Assembly (NCBI GenBank): GCA_016184225.1
Contig: JACPDA010000004.1
Coordinates: 409,671 to 473,670 of the forward strand
DNA length: 64,000 bases
Origin: Candidatus Daviesbacteria bacterium
GTDB taxonomy: Bacteria; Patescibacteriota; Microgenomatia; Daviesbacterales; UBA10151
Direction: 5' to 3'
In this document: piece by piece, positions 1 to 8,979 of the stretch
Position numbering within the stretch: position 1 is the stretch's first letter
Layout: every line of letters starts with the position of its first letter
Notes under the pieces: generated by a model
Told to the model about the DNA's origin: nothing
Databases searched by the model: none
What the model saw: only the letters and a program-made list of their open reading frames with translations
Made by a program: the position numbers and the translations under genes

Positions 1-935
1 GTATTACTGATGATCCGGGACTTATTCCCCGGATTAATGAAAACAGAGGTAACTCAAGACTGCCTGAACCTTTCCCAAGATTAATACATAATAAGGTGAC
101 TTATGTAACATTTTATTTCAGCAGGAATTACTTTTCTCATTTTACTCCTCAATTTTTATTCTTCTCGGGTGTTCCTCATAAACAACACCATGTCCAGAAT
201 ATGGGTGAGCTTTATCTTTTTCAGGCTCCTTTTCTTTTCTTAGGTCTTTATGCCCTTTTTCGTTTAAGAAGTAGGTTTAAGGGTTTGTTATTTGCCTGGG
301 TTTTGTTAGCCTTTATTCCGGTATCGGTCACAAATGATAGTATTCCTCACGGTTTGAGGACACTGATTGCAGCACCGTTTTATCAGTTAGTTTCCGCGTT
401 AGGCCTTGTATTTAGCTTAAAATGGTTTGGGAAATTGCCGATAGCTTCTAAAGTTTTCTTGGGTGGGATACTGACTTTAGCTGTTACTATGAGCATAGGT
501 TATTATTTATATAATTATTATCAAAAATATCCGATTGCTTACTCCAGAGATTGGCAATATGGTTATAAGCAAGTGGTAGATTATATTGGTAAACACCAGG
601 ATGAATACGATGAAATTATTTTTACCAGGCATTACGGCGAACCGCACATGTTTACGCTGTTTTATTTAAATTATGACCCGACAAAGTATCAAAATTCGCC
701 AAACCTAAATAGATTTGAAACACATGATTGGGTTTGGGTTTTAAGATTTGATAAATACTATTTCCCTGATTTAGGTGATGAGGGAACTCAGTTTGCCGAT
801 ATTGTTAAGGAAAATCCCGGTAAGAAATTATTATTTATCGGCAGAAAAGGGGATTTTCCCAAGGACATCCCTAGGCTCTTTTCAACTAATTTCCTAAATG
901 GTGAGAATGCTTTTGATATTGCGGAGGTTAAATAA
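1..935 (+). CDS. GT-C membrane glycosyltransferase of the PMT_2/GT39-like type (ArnT/PMT-like). The 5' end is truncated by the window edge.
   Basis: The frame stays open from nt 3 up to the listed ORF (96..935) with no stop codon. The C-terminal half (NYFSHF...GVPHKQ...IPHGLR...DWQYGYKQVVDYI...YGEPHMFTLFYLNYDP) aligns colinearly with the C-terminal halves of the two downstream paralogs. Confidence 0.65.
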   Translation, partial: ITDDPGLIPRINENRGNSRLPEPFPRLIHNKVTYVTFYFSRNYFSHFTPQFLFFSGVPHKQHHVQNMGELYLFQAPFLFLGLYALFRLRSRFKGLLFAWVLLAFIPVSVTNDSIPHGLRTLIAAPFYQLVSALGLVFSLKWFGKLPIASKVFLGGILTLAVTMSIGYYLYNYYQKYPIAYSRDWQYGYKQVVDYIGKHQDEYDEIIFTRHYGEPHMFTLFYLNYDPTKYQNSPNLNRFETHDWVWVLRFDKYYFPDLGDEGTQFADIVKENPGKKLLFIGRKGDFPKDIPRLFSTNFLNGENAFDIAEVK

Positions 936-941
936 TATCCG

Positions 942-2369
942 ATGATGTCAATGTCAAAATTGTTGCGGCCAAAAATTTTATTGGCTTTAATTTGTGCGCT
1001 ATTACTTTTCACGCGTTTTTACAAAATTACAGAAATCCCGCCTTCCGTTTATTGGGATGAAGCTTCTATTGGATATAATGCCTATTCTATAGCCCAAAAT
1101 GGTAAAGATGAATGGGGAGAAACTTTCCCGATTCATTTCCGGGCTTTTGGAGAATTTAAGCTGCCGGTTTACATCTATGCTACTGTTTTAAGTGTAAAGA
1201 TTTTCGGTCTCAATGAATTATCTGTCAGGCTGCCGGCTGTTCTATTTTCCTTAGGGGCGGTAGTTATAATTTATTTTCTGACAAAGAGATTGTCAGGAAG
1301 TGAAAGAACGGGAATATTGGCTAGCTTCATTTTTTCTGTTTCTCCATGGTATTTTATCTTTTCAAGAACAGGTTATGAGGCAACGGCAGGTTTGATGTTC
1401 TATCTATTGGCAATATATCTATTTCTCTTCAACAATAGAAATTCCCTGTATATCTTCTTTTCCGTATTAAGTTTTATTTTAAGTGCTTATAGTTACAATA
1501 GTTTCAGGATAGTTGCCCCTTTGACAATTATAATTTTGATTTTCTATGAATTGAAAAATCTTAAATATCTTCTAAGTAAAGCTATTCCACCAATTATATT
1601 ATCTCTGGTTATTCTGATTTTTAGTTTGGTTCCGATCTATAGATTGTATGTTTATGATGTAGGGGCTTCCCGTCTGCAAGTTGTAGGGACGACAAGTTCA
1701 AGCTTCATTAAAAATTATTTTTCTCATTTTAGCCTGGATTTTCTTCTATTGAATGGGGATAAAAACCCAAGAAGCCAGCAACCAGGCTTTGGACAGCTCT
1801 TTTTACCCGAAGCAGCACTCCTATTATTTGGACTTTTGTATTTAATAAGCGGTAAATCAAAATACAAGTGGTTACTTTTTGCATTGTTATTACTCGGACC
1901 GATCCCTGCCGCAATCACTAAAGAATCTCCTCATGCGCTACGTTCTATCGCTATGGTTCCATTCATATCGATTATCTCTGCAGTAGGAGTAGTCGCTTTT
2001 TCTAAAAGGATTAAAAAAGAAAATTATATCTTCTTGATGGTTTGTTTAGTTTTTCTTGCCTTCTTTATTAACTACTTTTGGAGTTTCTTAAATGTATACC
2101 CGACCAAATCTGCAGAAGAGTGGCAATCCGAATACAAAAAGATCTACACGGATAATGGCAATAGGTTTAACGGATACCAACGAATTCTAATTTCGGATCA
2201 GTATGCACAGCCCTATATCTTTACTCTTTTTTATCTGAAATATAATCCTGAAAGCTTTAGGCGGGAAGTTGTTAGAAATAGCATTGATCAGTGGGGGTTC
2301 TCTACAGTTAAAAAATTTGGTAAATTTGAGTTTGGTAAGTACCCGGAACTAATTACCTTTGAAAGATGA
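942..2369 (+). CDS. GT-C glycosyltransferase, PMT_2/GT39-like (ArnT/protein O-mannosyltransferase-like).
   Basis: Polytopic membrane protein. The first-loop motif YWDEASIGYNAYSIAQNG-DEWG-FP---AFGEFKLPVYIY is the DE-loop signature of the ArnT/PMT family. The C-terminal domain is shared with the neighbouring paralogs. Confidence 0.75.
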   Translation: MMSMSKLLRPKILLALICALLLFTRFYKITEIPPSVYWDEASIGYNAYSIAQNGKDEWGETFPIHFRAFGEFKLPVYIYATVLSVKIFGLNELSVRLPAVLFSLGAVVIIYFLTKRLSGSERTGILASFIFSVSPWYFIFSRTGYEATAGLMFYLLAIYLFLFNNRNSLYIFFSVLSFILSAYSYNSFRIVAPLTIIILIFYELKNLKYLLSKAIPPIILSLVILIFSLVPIYRLYVYDVGASRLQVVGTTSSSFIKNYFSHFSLDFLLLNGDKNPRSQQPGFGQLFLPEAALLLFGLLYLISGKSKYKWLLFALLLLGPIPAAITKESPHALRSIAMVPFISIISAVGVVAFSKRIKKENYIFLMVCLVFLAFFINYFWSFLNVYPTKSAEEWQSEYKKIYTDNGNRFNGYQRILISDQYAQPYIFTLFYLKYNPESFRREVVRNSIDQWGFSTVKKFGKFEFGKYPELITFER

Positions 2370-3958
2370 ACAAAGTAAAAATACTGTTGATCGCGATTAT
2401 GGTTTTATCCGGAATATTAAGACTATACAAGATTGATAGTGTTCCGCCTTCGCTGTCCTGGGATGAAGTGGCAGTAGGTTACAATGCCTGGACTATTGCC
2501 AGTTTTGGTAAAGACGAGTACGGAAAAACTTTCCCTGCTTTTTTTAAGTCATTCGGTGACGATAAGCACCCTGTTCATATTTATGCAACCGCCCTATCGG
2601 TAAAATTCTTAGATCTTTCAGAATTTAGTACCAGGTTGCCTTCAGCTGTTTTTGGGGTACTGAATGTGATATTAATATTTTTTCTGGTTAGGTTGATGTT
2701 TGCATCTTCAAATTTAGGTCTTATTGCCTCTTTTTTCTTAAGCGTTTCTCCGTATAATATCCATTTTTCCCGGTTTAACCACGAAGCTAATTTTGCACTA
2801 TTTTTTTTCCTGCTGGGACTTACTTTGTTCTACGGAGCAATTAACAGGAACCTGAAATTATTACCTTTGTCTGCTTTAAGTTTGGGAATTGCTTTTATTT
2901 CCTATCATCCCTCTAAAATAGTCGTTCCTTCGGTGGTAATTCTGCTTGTTTTTTTATATGGCAAGCAGTTACTGAAAGATAGGATCGGTTTTTTTGGGGT
3001 TTTGATAGTTGCCATAATTTTTTCTTTTTTAACTGTGTTCAATCTTCAACTATTAGGGATAGCTCGTGTTAACCAAACTTCATTAAATATGGATGAAGTT
3101 AGGAAAACAAGACTTTTTCAATTGACTAATAATGAGATTCTTGGCCGTTTAAACCTTACACTAACCCAATATAGTTGGCATTTCATGCCTGATTATTTAT
3201 TCATTTCCGGAGATAAAAATCCGCGTTTGTCCGATCAAGTCACAGGGCAGTTTTATATACTTGATGCACTTTTTTTGCTGGCGGGTGTTATCTTTTTATT
3301 ATATAAAAGATCTAAATCAGGGATTGTACTCCTAGTTTGGGCGCTTGTTGCACCGCTTCCTTCGGCTTTAGTATCAGAAGCCCCGCATGCGGCAAGAGCA
3401 ATGTTTACAATGGGAAGCTGGCATATGATTTCTGCTTTAGGCTTTTTCTCGCTTTTAAACATAGCATCAAAGCCGTTTCTTAAAAAGGGGATTTTAATAA
3501 CTACAATAATAATTATGCTGTTTTTACTATCCCGTTATTTAACTCACTATTATGGAGAATATGCCAAAAGAAATGCCATTGATTGGCAATACGGGATGAA
3601 GCAGATAGTTGAGTATGTTAAAGATAATACCCAATATTCCCAGGTTTTTATCACTGATGTCAGGTCCCAGCCCTACATATTTTTCCTGTATTATTTAAAA
3701 ATACCTTTGCCTGAATACTTAAGCTCCGTTGTCTATAACCGTTCGGAAGCTACTAAAAGCTTTAATTCCGTGTCTTATTTTGACAGGTATTATTTTGGCG
3801 GTTGGGATCCGATTGGAAGCTCGCCTGAAAAAGGATTTTTATATGTTTTAACTCCCAGCCAATATGATGGTCTGAGGTATAAGTTGGTTTTTCAAGTCAA
3901 AAAAGTTATATACTATCCCAACGGCACACTAGCTTACTATTTAGTGAGTGCAGATTAA
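2366..3958 (+). CDS. GT-C glycosyltransferase, PMT_2/GT39-like. This is the third tandem paralog.
   Basis: SWDEVAVGYNAW...FGDDKHPVHIYAT loop motif. ATGA overlap with the upstream gene. About 12 predicted TM helices. C-terminal DWQYGMKQIVEYV...SQPYIFFLYYLK domain. Confidence 0.75.
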   Translation: MNKVKILLIAIMVLSGILRLYKIDSVPPSLSWDEVAVGYNAWTIASFGKDEYGKTFPAFFKSFGDDKHPVHIYATALSVKFLDLSEFSTRLPSAVFGVLNVILIFFLVRLMFASSNLGLIASFFLSVSPYNIHFSRFNHEANFALFFFLLGLTLFYGAINRNLKLLPLSALSLGIAFISYHPSKIVVPSVVILLVFLYGKQLLKDRIGFFGVLIVAIIFSFLTVFNLQLLGIARVNQTSLNMDEVRKTRLFQLTNNEILGRLNLTLTQYSWHFMPDYLFISGDKNPRLSDQVTGQFYILDALFLLAGVIFLLYKRSKSGIVLLVWALVAPLPSALVSEAPHAARAMFTMGSWHMISALGFFSLLNIASKPFLKKGILITTIIIMLFLLSRYLTHYYGEYAKRNAIDWQYGMKQIVEYVKDNTQYSQVFITDVRSQPYIFFLYYLKIPLPEYLSSVVYNRSEATKSFNSVSYFDRYYFGGWDPIGSSPEKGFLYVLTPSQYDGLRYKLVFQVKKVIYYPNGTLAYYLVSAD

Positions 3959-4721
3959 AAACGTGAATAAAATTTCCGTAGTATTAGCCACATATAACGA
4001 AGAGGACACTTTAGAAAATTGTCTGGAATCAGTAGAGAAGCTGGCAGGTGAGATTGTAATAGTTGACGGTGGATCAACGGACAAAACTTTAGACATTGCC
4101 AGAAAGTTTAAAGCTAAAATTATTCAGACAGATAATCCGCCGATTTTTCATATAAATAAAAACAAGGCAATAGATGCCGCCACGAAGGAATGGATTTTAC
4201 AACTGGATGCTGATGAGGTGGTAACGAAAGATCTTGTAAAGGAAATAAAAAATGTAATTTCATTAGCATCGGATATTAATGGATATTGGATTCCCAGGAA
4301 GAATTTTTTCTTAGGTAAATTCTTAACAAAAGGCGGTCAGTATCCTGATTATACTTTAAGGTTATACCGACGAGGCAAAGGGAGACTGCCTGCAGAAGAT
4401 GTCCATGAGCAGGCAGTAGTGGAAGGTAAGATTAGTTTCTTAAAGTGCGACCTCTTACACTTACGAGATAAGAATTTCTCTAAGTATCTGGAAAGATTTA
4501 ACAGGTATACTGACTTACTGGCTTTACAAATAAAGGTCAGTAGCAACAGGAAGAATATTTTTTCTTCTCTGAATTTCATTTTCATTAAACCAACTATTTG
4601 GTTTTTAAAAGCTTACTTTCGACATAGAGGATATGTTGACGGTTTTCCGGGTTTCATCTTTGCGCTGTTTTCCTCGCTCAGATTTCCCATCTCGTACATA
4701 AAATTTATGATTAACGAATAA
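3948..4721 (+). CDS. GT2 glycosyltransferase (DPM1/GtrB-like polyprenol-phosphate sugar synthase type).
   Basis: ISVVLATYNEE...IVIVDGGSTDKT...LQLDADEV motifs (GT2 DxD). C-terminal hydrophobic tail. The listed start is a GTG at 3948. An alternative GTG at 3963 would avoid overlapping the upstream stop. Confidence 0.75.
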   Translation: MQIKNVNKISVVLATYNEEDTLENCLESVEKLAGEIVIVDGGSTDKTLDIARKFKAKIIQTDNPPIFHINKNKAIDAATKEWILQLDADEVVTKDLVKEIKNVISLASDINGYWIPRKNFFLGKFLTKGGQYPDYTLRLYRRGKGRLPAEDVHEQAVVEGKISFLKCDLLHLRDKNFSKYLERFNRYTDLLALQIKVSSNRKNIFSSLNFIFIKPTIWFLKAYFRHRGYVDGFPGFIFALFSSLRFPISYIKFMINE

Positions 4722-4724
4722 AAT

Positions 4725-5801
4725 ATGAAAGTTGCAATTAATACCCTGCCATTGAAAAGTGCACATAAGTATAGAGGGATAGGATATTACACTGTTAACC
4801 TGCTTGAATCTTTAAAACAGGAGACTTCTATGGACGTCTCTGAGTTTACCAAGCTGACTGATGTAAAAGATGTCGATATAATTCATTATCCTTGGTTTGA
4901 TCTATTTTTTCATACCTTACCAATAAGAAGGTATTTTCCAACAATTGTTACCATCCATGATCTAATCCCTCTCGTTTTTCCTAATCATTACCCGGTAGGA
5001 TTGAAAGGTAAGTTGAACTTCATACTTCAAAAAATAGCATTAAGTAGTTGTAAATATATTATCACCGATTCCAACACATCCAAACAAGATATAGTCAAAT
5101 TTCTAAAAATCAAAAACGAAAGGATTTCAGTAATATCTTTAGCGGCAGATCCGAAATTTAGGGTTTTAAACAATGATACAAAATTACTTCATATTAAAAG
5201 GCAATATCATCTGCCTGAACGTTTTTTGCTTTATGTTGGGGATGCCAACCGGGTTAAGAATCTCCCTTTCCTGATAGAAGGATACAGAGAGCTTTTGAAG
5301 ATTCCGGGTTATTTGGATCTTAAGTTGGTTTTAGTAGGCGGAGTATTTTTAAAACATGTAGAAAATATAGATCATCCGGAGCTTGAAAGCTTAAAGTTAG
5401 TTAATAAATTAATTAAACAATATGGTCTGGATGAAAACATAATTAGACCAGGACAGATTGAAGATGGTGAATTAGTAGCTTTTTATAATTTGGCAACCCT
5501 GTATGTTCAGCCCTCCATCTATGAGGGTTTTGGACTGCCAATTCTGCAGGCATTTGCCTCCGGAACACCGGTTATAGCATCTAATAAAGGGAGCTTGCCG
5601 GAAATTGGGGGACAAGCGGCTGTGTATTTTGATCCAGTTGACATTAGGCAATTTACAATTATAGCCAAAGAATTATTAGAGGATCCTTCATTGTTAAACA
5701 AGTTATCAAAGCTCGGTTTAAAGCGCTCTACTCAATTTTCCTGGAAGAGGGTGGCACGGGAAACAGAGTCAATTTACCTTAAAGCACTTAAGAATGAATA
5801 G
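4725..5801 (+). CDS. GT4 (GT-B fold) glycosyltransferase.
   Basis: C-terminal EGFGLPILQAFASGTPVIASNKGSLPEIGG, the EX7E-type motif of GT1/GT4 enzymes. Confidence 0.75.
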   Translation: MKVAINTLPLKSAHKYRGIGYYTVNLLESLKQETSMDVSEFTKLTDVKDVDIIHYPWFDLFFHTLPIRRYFPTIVTIHDLIPLVFPNHYPVGLKGKLNFILQKIALSSCKYIITDSNTSKQDIVKFLKIKNERISVISLAADPKFRVLNNDTKLLHIKRQYHLPERFLLYVGDANRVKNLPFLIEGYRELLKIPGYLDLKLVLVGGVFLKHVENIDHPELESLKLVNKLIKQYGLDENIIRPGQIEDGELVAFYNLATLYVQPSIYEGFGLPILQAFASGTPVIASNKGSLPEIGGQAAVYFDPVDIRQFTIIAKELLEDPSLLNKLSKLGLKRSTQFSWKRVARETESIYLKALKNE

Positions 5802-6957
5802 TCACATAAATCTTAATTCACCCGTTTTTAAAATCTTGTTGATTTTTCTTACATGGAGATTTTTACTGATACTAATTTTGCTTTTTGCGATCAATTTTGT
5901 TCCTTTGGGGAGTACAGATCGTTTTTTGGGTGGAGGTCCAGTTAACTATTCCATTTCACCGGAGCTTTTTGCTTGGGCAAACTTTGATGGGGAACATTAT
6001 TTATCGATTGCTATATTCGGATATAAAAATCTAGAGCAGGCTTTTTTCCCGGTTTATCCTGCTTTGATAGCATTTTTCGCTAGACCTGATTCTTATAATT
6101 TACTAACTTCTTTGGTTAATTCTACAATTTTAGGTCTTCTTATTTCGAATGTATCTTTCGTACTAGCCTTGATCTTTCTTTGGGAATTGATAAAAATTGA
6201 TTTTTCAAACAAAATTGCATATTGGGTAATAATACTGCTACTTATCTTTCCGACGTCTTTTTATTTTGGATCGGTCTATAACGAATCAGTGTTTCTGCTT
6301 TTGTCCGTGTTGTCATTCTATAATGCCAGAAAAGGCAAGTGGTTTGCAGCAGGATTGCTGGGAGCGGTTGCATCTGCAACCAGGGTTTTCGGCATTTTTC
6401 TTTTACCGGCACTGCTGATAGAAGCCTGGCAACAGAAGGCACCTTATTCCAGATTAATGTGGATTTTCCTAATTCCTTTTGGGCTGGGAGCTTATATGTG
6501 GTATCTGAATACGACCGTAGGCGATGCTCTTGCTTTCTATCACTTTCAGGGATTAGTCGGCGAGCAGCACCAGCCAGGTATAACATTATTGCCACAAGTA
6601 TACTTTCGTTATATAAAAATGTTTGCAACAACCAGTATGCAGAATCCGATCTTTCAAACATTAATACTGGAGTTTACCATAGGTTTACTTTTTTTCTTCC
6701 TTCCGATTTACGGATACTTTAAGAAAATTAGATTATCATATGTCCTATACGCCATGGTGGGATTCCTGGTGCCGGCGATACAGGGTAGCTTTTCATCGTC
6801 CCCGCGTTATGTGATAATTTTATTTCCTGCGTTTTTAGCCGCCGCTTTATTAGTTAATAGTTTGCCAAAAATAGTTAAAACTCTGATAATACTTTTGTCT
6901 TTTTCTGTTTTTCTGATAGAAGCAGCTCTATTTTTAAGGGGGTACTGGGTAGCATGA
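5794..6957 (+). CDS. Polytopic membrane protein, possibly a DUF2029/PIG-V-like GT-C mannosyltransferase.
   Basis: About 10 hydrophobic helices. ANFDGEHYLSIAIFGYKN...FFPVYPALIAF resembles the first-loop region of GT87/PIG-V-like membrane glycosyltransferases. The assignment is tentative. Confidence 0.4.
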   Translation: MNSHINLNSPVFKILLIFLTWRFLLILILLFAINFVPLGSTDRFLGGGPVNYSISPELFAWANFDGEHYLSIAIFGYKNLEQAFFPVYPALIAFFARPDSYNLLTSLVNSTILGLLISNVSFVLALIFLWELIKIDFSNKIAYWVIILLLIFPTSFYFGSVYNESVFLLLSVLSFYNARKGKWFAAGLLGAVASATRVFGIFLLPALLIEAWQQKAPYSRLMWIFLIPFGLGAYMWYLNTTVGDALAFYHFQGLVGEQHQPGITLLPQVYFRYIKMFATTSMQNPIFQTLILEFTIGLLFFFLPIYGYFKKIRLSYVLYAMVGFLVPAIQGSFSSSPRYVIILFPAFLAAALLVNSLPKIVKTLIILLSFSVFLIEAALFLRGYWVA

Positions 6958-8267
6958 AAAAAAGAGTATACGAATTAATCAAACACCCATTGTTTTCAGG
7001 CAGCATGGTTATGATAATCGGTTCCAATGTCATTAGTTTTTTAAATTATTTATACCATCTCATAATGGTTAGATTATTAGCTCCACCCAGCTATGGAGAA
7101 TTGGTAGCACTGTTTTCTCTAATTGGGTTTTTGGGGATATTGTCCTCTTCTTTAAATTTGGTAGTAACTAAATTTGTTTCAGCGGCAAAAAATAACTTGG
7201 AAATAAGTAGTATTGTAAGCTGGCTTAATTCTAAAATCTTCATCTTTTCTTTAGCAGTTTTTCTATTAATTACTTTTTTATCCCCCATTATTTCTTCTTT
7301 TTTAAAAATAGAAAATAATTTATTAATTATTTTAATTGCCTTGCCTTCTCTTTTAGGATTGGCATCTCTGCTTTACAAATCGGTTCTTCAGGGGCTCTTA
7401 AGGTTTCAGCAGATGATTTTAAGTGTCTTTGTCGAAAACGGATTAAAGCTGATATTAGGGGTTATCCTGGTATATGCAGGATTTTCAGTAGGCGGGGCTG
7501 TAGCGGGTTTAGTGATTGCCTCATTTATAGGCTTTTTTCTGTCAAGATTTTTTATCCGCAATTTCCTGAAAGCATCAGAGGAAAAACCTAACATTAAATC
7601 AATGTTTTTGTACTCTTTTCCTGTAACAGTTCAATACCTATCGATAACGTCTCTTTTCTCTTCCGATATACTTCTAATTAAACATTTTTTCTCTCCTCAT
7701 GATGCCGGCATCTACGCAATAATTTCAACACTGGGAAAGATTATTCTTTTCGGAACAGGGCCTATTGGAGCGGTAATGTTCCCGCTTGTATCCCAGAGAC
7801 AGGCAAGGGGTGATAATTATAAGCGCATTTTTTTCTTGAGCTTCATTTTGACTTTTACCTTGGCCGTTTTGATTCTTCTAATTTATTGGTTCATTCCGGA
7901 GCAGGTGATTAATCTTCTTAATCCTTCATATCTGGAAGCGGCACCTCTTTTAGTTTGGTACGGAATCTTTATAACATTTTTTACCCTTAGTTCGCTCTTT
8001 ATAAGTTATTATCTTTCTTTAAATAGAGTATCTGTTGTTATTTTACCGTTTATTGCGGCGGTAGCGCAAATTATCGGGATATGGTTTTTTCATCGTAGTT
8101 TATTCGAAGTAATTCTGGTTTCTTCTATAGTGGCTGGCATGCTGCTTGTACTTTTGTTAATATATTCAGCATATGGAAGCAAACTTGGTGTCGGTGATAG
8201 TGCCGGCATACAAACAAGAAAAAACAATAGCCAGAGATTTAAGGAGGATGAAGGAAGTTTTAGATAA
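6954..8267 (+). CDS. Wzx-like oligosaccharide flippase (MOP/polysaccharide biosynthesis protein family).
   Basis: 12-14 TM helices. The N-terminal region (SGSMVMIIGSNVISFLNYLYHLIMVRLLAPPSYGELVALFSLIGFL) is typical of Wzx/RfbX flippases. Confidence 0.65.
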   Translation: MKKRVYELIKHPLFSGSMVMIIGSNVISFLNYLYHLIMVRLLAPPSYGELVALFSLIGFLGILSSSLNLVVTKFVSAAKNNLEISSIVSWLNSKIFIFSLAVFLLITFLSPIISSFLKIENNLLIILIALPSLLGLASLLYKSVLQGLLRFQQMILSVFVENGLKLILGVILVYAGFSVGGAVAGLVIASFIGFFLSRFFIRNFLKASEEKPNIKSMFLYSFPVTVQYLSITSLFSSDILLIKHFFSPHDAGIYAIISTLGKIILFGTGPIGAVMFPLVSQRQARGDNYKRIFFLSFILTFTLAVLILLIYWFIPEQVINLLNPSYLEAAPLLVWYGIFITFFTLSSLFISYYLSLNRVSVVILPFIAAVAQIIGIWFFHRSLFEVILVSSIVAGMLLVLLLIYSAYGSKLGVGDSAGIQTRKNNSQRFKEDEGSFR

Positions 8268-8979
8268 ACTTCGTTATCCTACAGAGTTAATTTGTGTAGT
8301 TGACGGTAATGTTGATGCTACCTTCAGAAAAGCTTCCGTGTTTGCTAATAAGAACCCAAATGTAAGAGTAATTGGATATGATCATAATAAAGGTAAAGGA
8401 TATGCCATCAGATTCGGTATGGCAGCAAGTAAGGGAGATATTGTCGGGTTTATTGACGCGGGTATGGATTTGAATCCAAACGGACTATTTATGCTGCTGG
8501 AGCACTTTGAATGGTATAACGCAGATATAATAGTAGGATCTAAAAGGCATCCCGTATCTAAGGTGCATTATCCTTGGCAAAGGAAAGTGCTTTCCATGGG
8601 TTACCAGCTTTTGGTTTTGACCCTCTTTGGTTTAAAAGTACGTGATACCCAAGTCGGTATGAAATTTTTCAAAAGGGAGGTTTTAGAAAAGGTATTACCC
8701 AGACTTTTGGTAAAGGCTTTTGCTTTTGATGTAGAAATATTAGCTGTAGCAAATTACCTGAAATATAATAGAATTTATGAAGCGCCTGTAGAGATTAAGT
8801 TAAGATTTGGCGGGACATCAACAGTGACAAGCCAGAAATTTATCAGGACAGTTTTAGCAATGCTTACAGATACATTAGCAATATTCTATAGATTAAAAAT
8901 ATTAAATTATTATTCCGATAAAAATCACAGAAGATGGAAATTTGATCCGGAACTAAATTTTAGGGTAAACGTCGGATGA
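8173..8979 (+). CDS. GT2 glycosyltransferase, DPM1/GtrB-like.
   Basis: VSVIVPAYKQE...ICVVDGNVD...FIDAGMD plus C-terminal FAFDVEILAVA (GtrB/DPM1-like). The ORF overlaps the 3' end of the flippase gene by 95 nt. Confidence 0.7.
   Translation: MEANLVSVIVPAYKQEKTIARDLRRMKEVLDKLRYPTELICVVDGNVDATFRKASVFANKNPNVRVIGYDHNKGKGYAIRFGMAASKGDIVGFIDAGMDLNPNGLFMLLEHFEWYNADIIVGSKRHPVSKVHYPWQRKVLSMGYQLLVLTLFGLKVRDTQVGMKFFKREVLEKVLPRLLVKAFAFDVEILAVANYLKYNRIYEAPVEIKLRFGGTSTVTSQKFIRTVLAMLTDTLAIFYRLKILNYYSDKNHRRWKFDPELNFRVNVG

Noticed and set aside
788-1012. Small antisense ORFs listed inside larger genes (for example 788..1012c, 1724..1918c, 3253..3462c, 6242..6661c, 6339..6722, 15698..16120c, 24586..24995, 33094..33760c, 35182..35720, 43783..44109, 48021..48728, 52413..52751c, 55146..55729c).
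   Set aside because: Each lies entirely within, and on the opposite strand or in an alternative frame of, a long ORF with clear family motifs. Their translations are low-complexity with no recognisable domains. They are treated as spurious.
5794-6957. Possibility that the 387-aa membrane protein is the missing WecA/MraY-type priming phosphoglycosyltransferase.
   Set aside because: It lacks the cytoplasmic DDxxD and VFMGD-type motifs of the MraY/WecA family. Its conserved segment is instead an extracytoplasmic F-D-G-E-H-Y loop more like GT-C/PIG-V-type enzymes.
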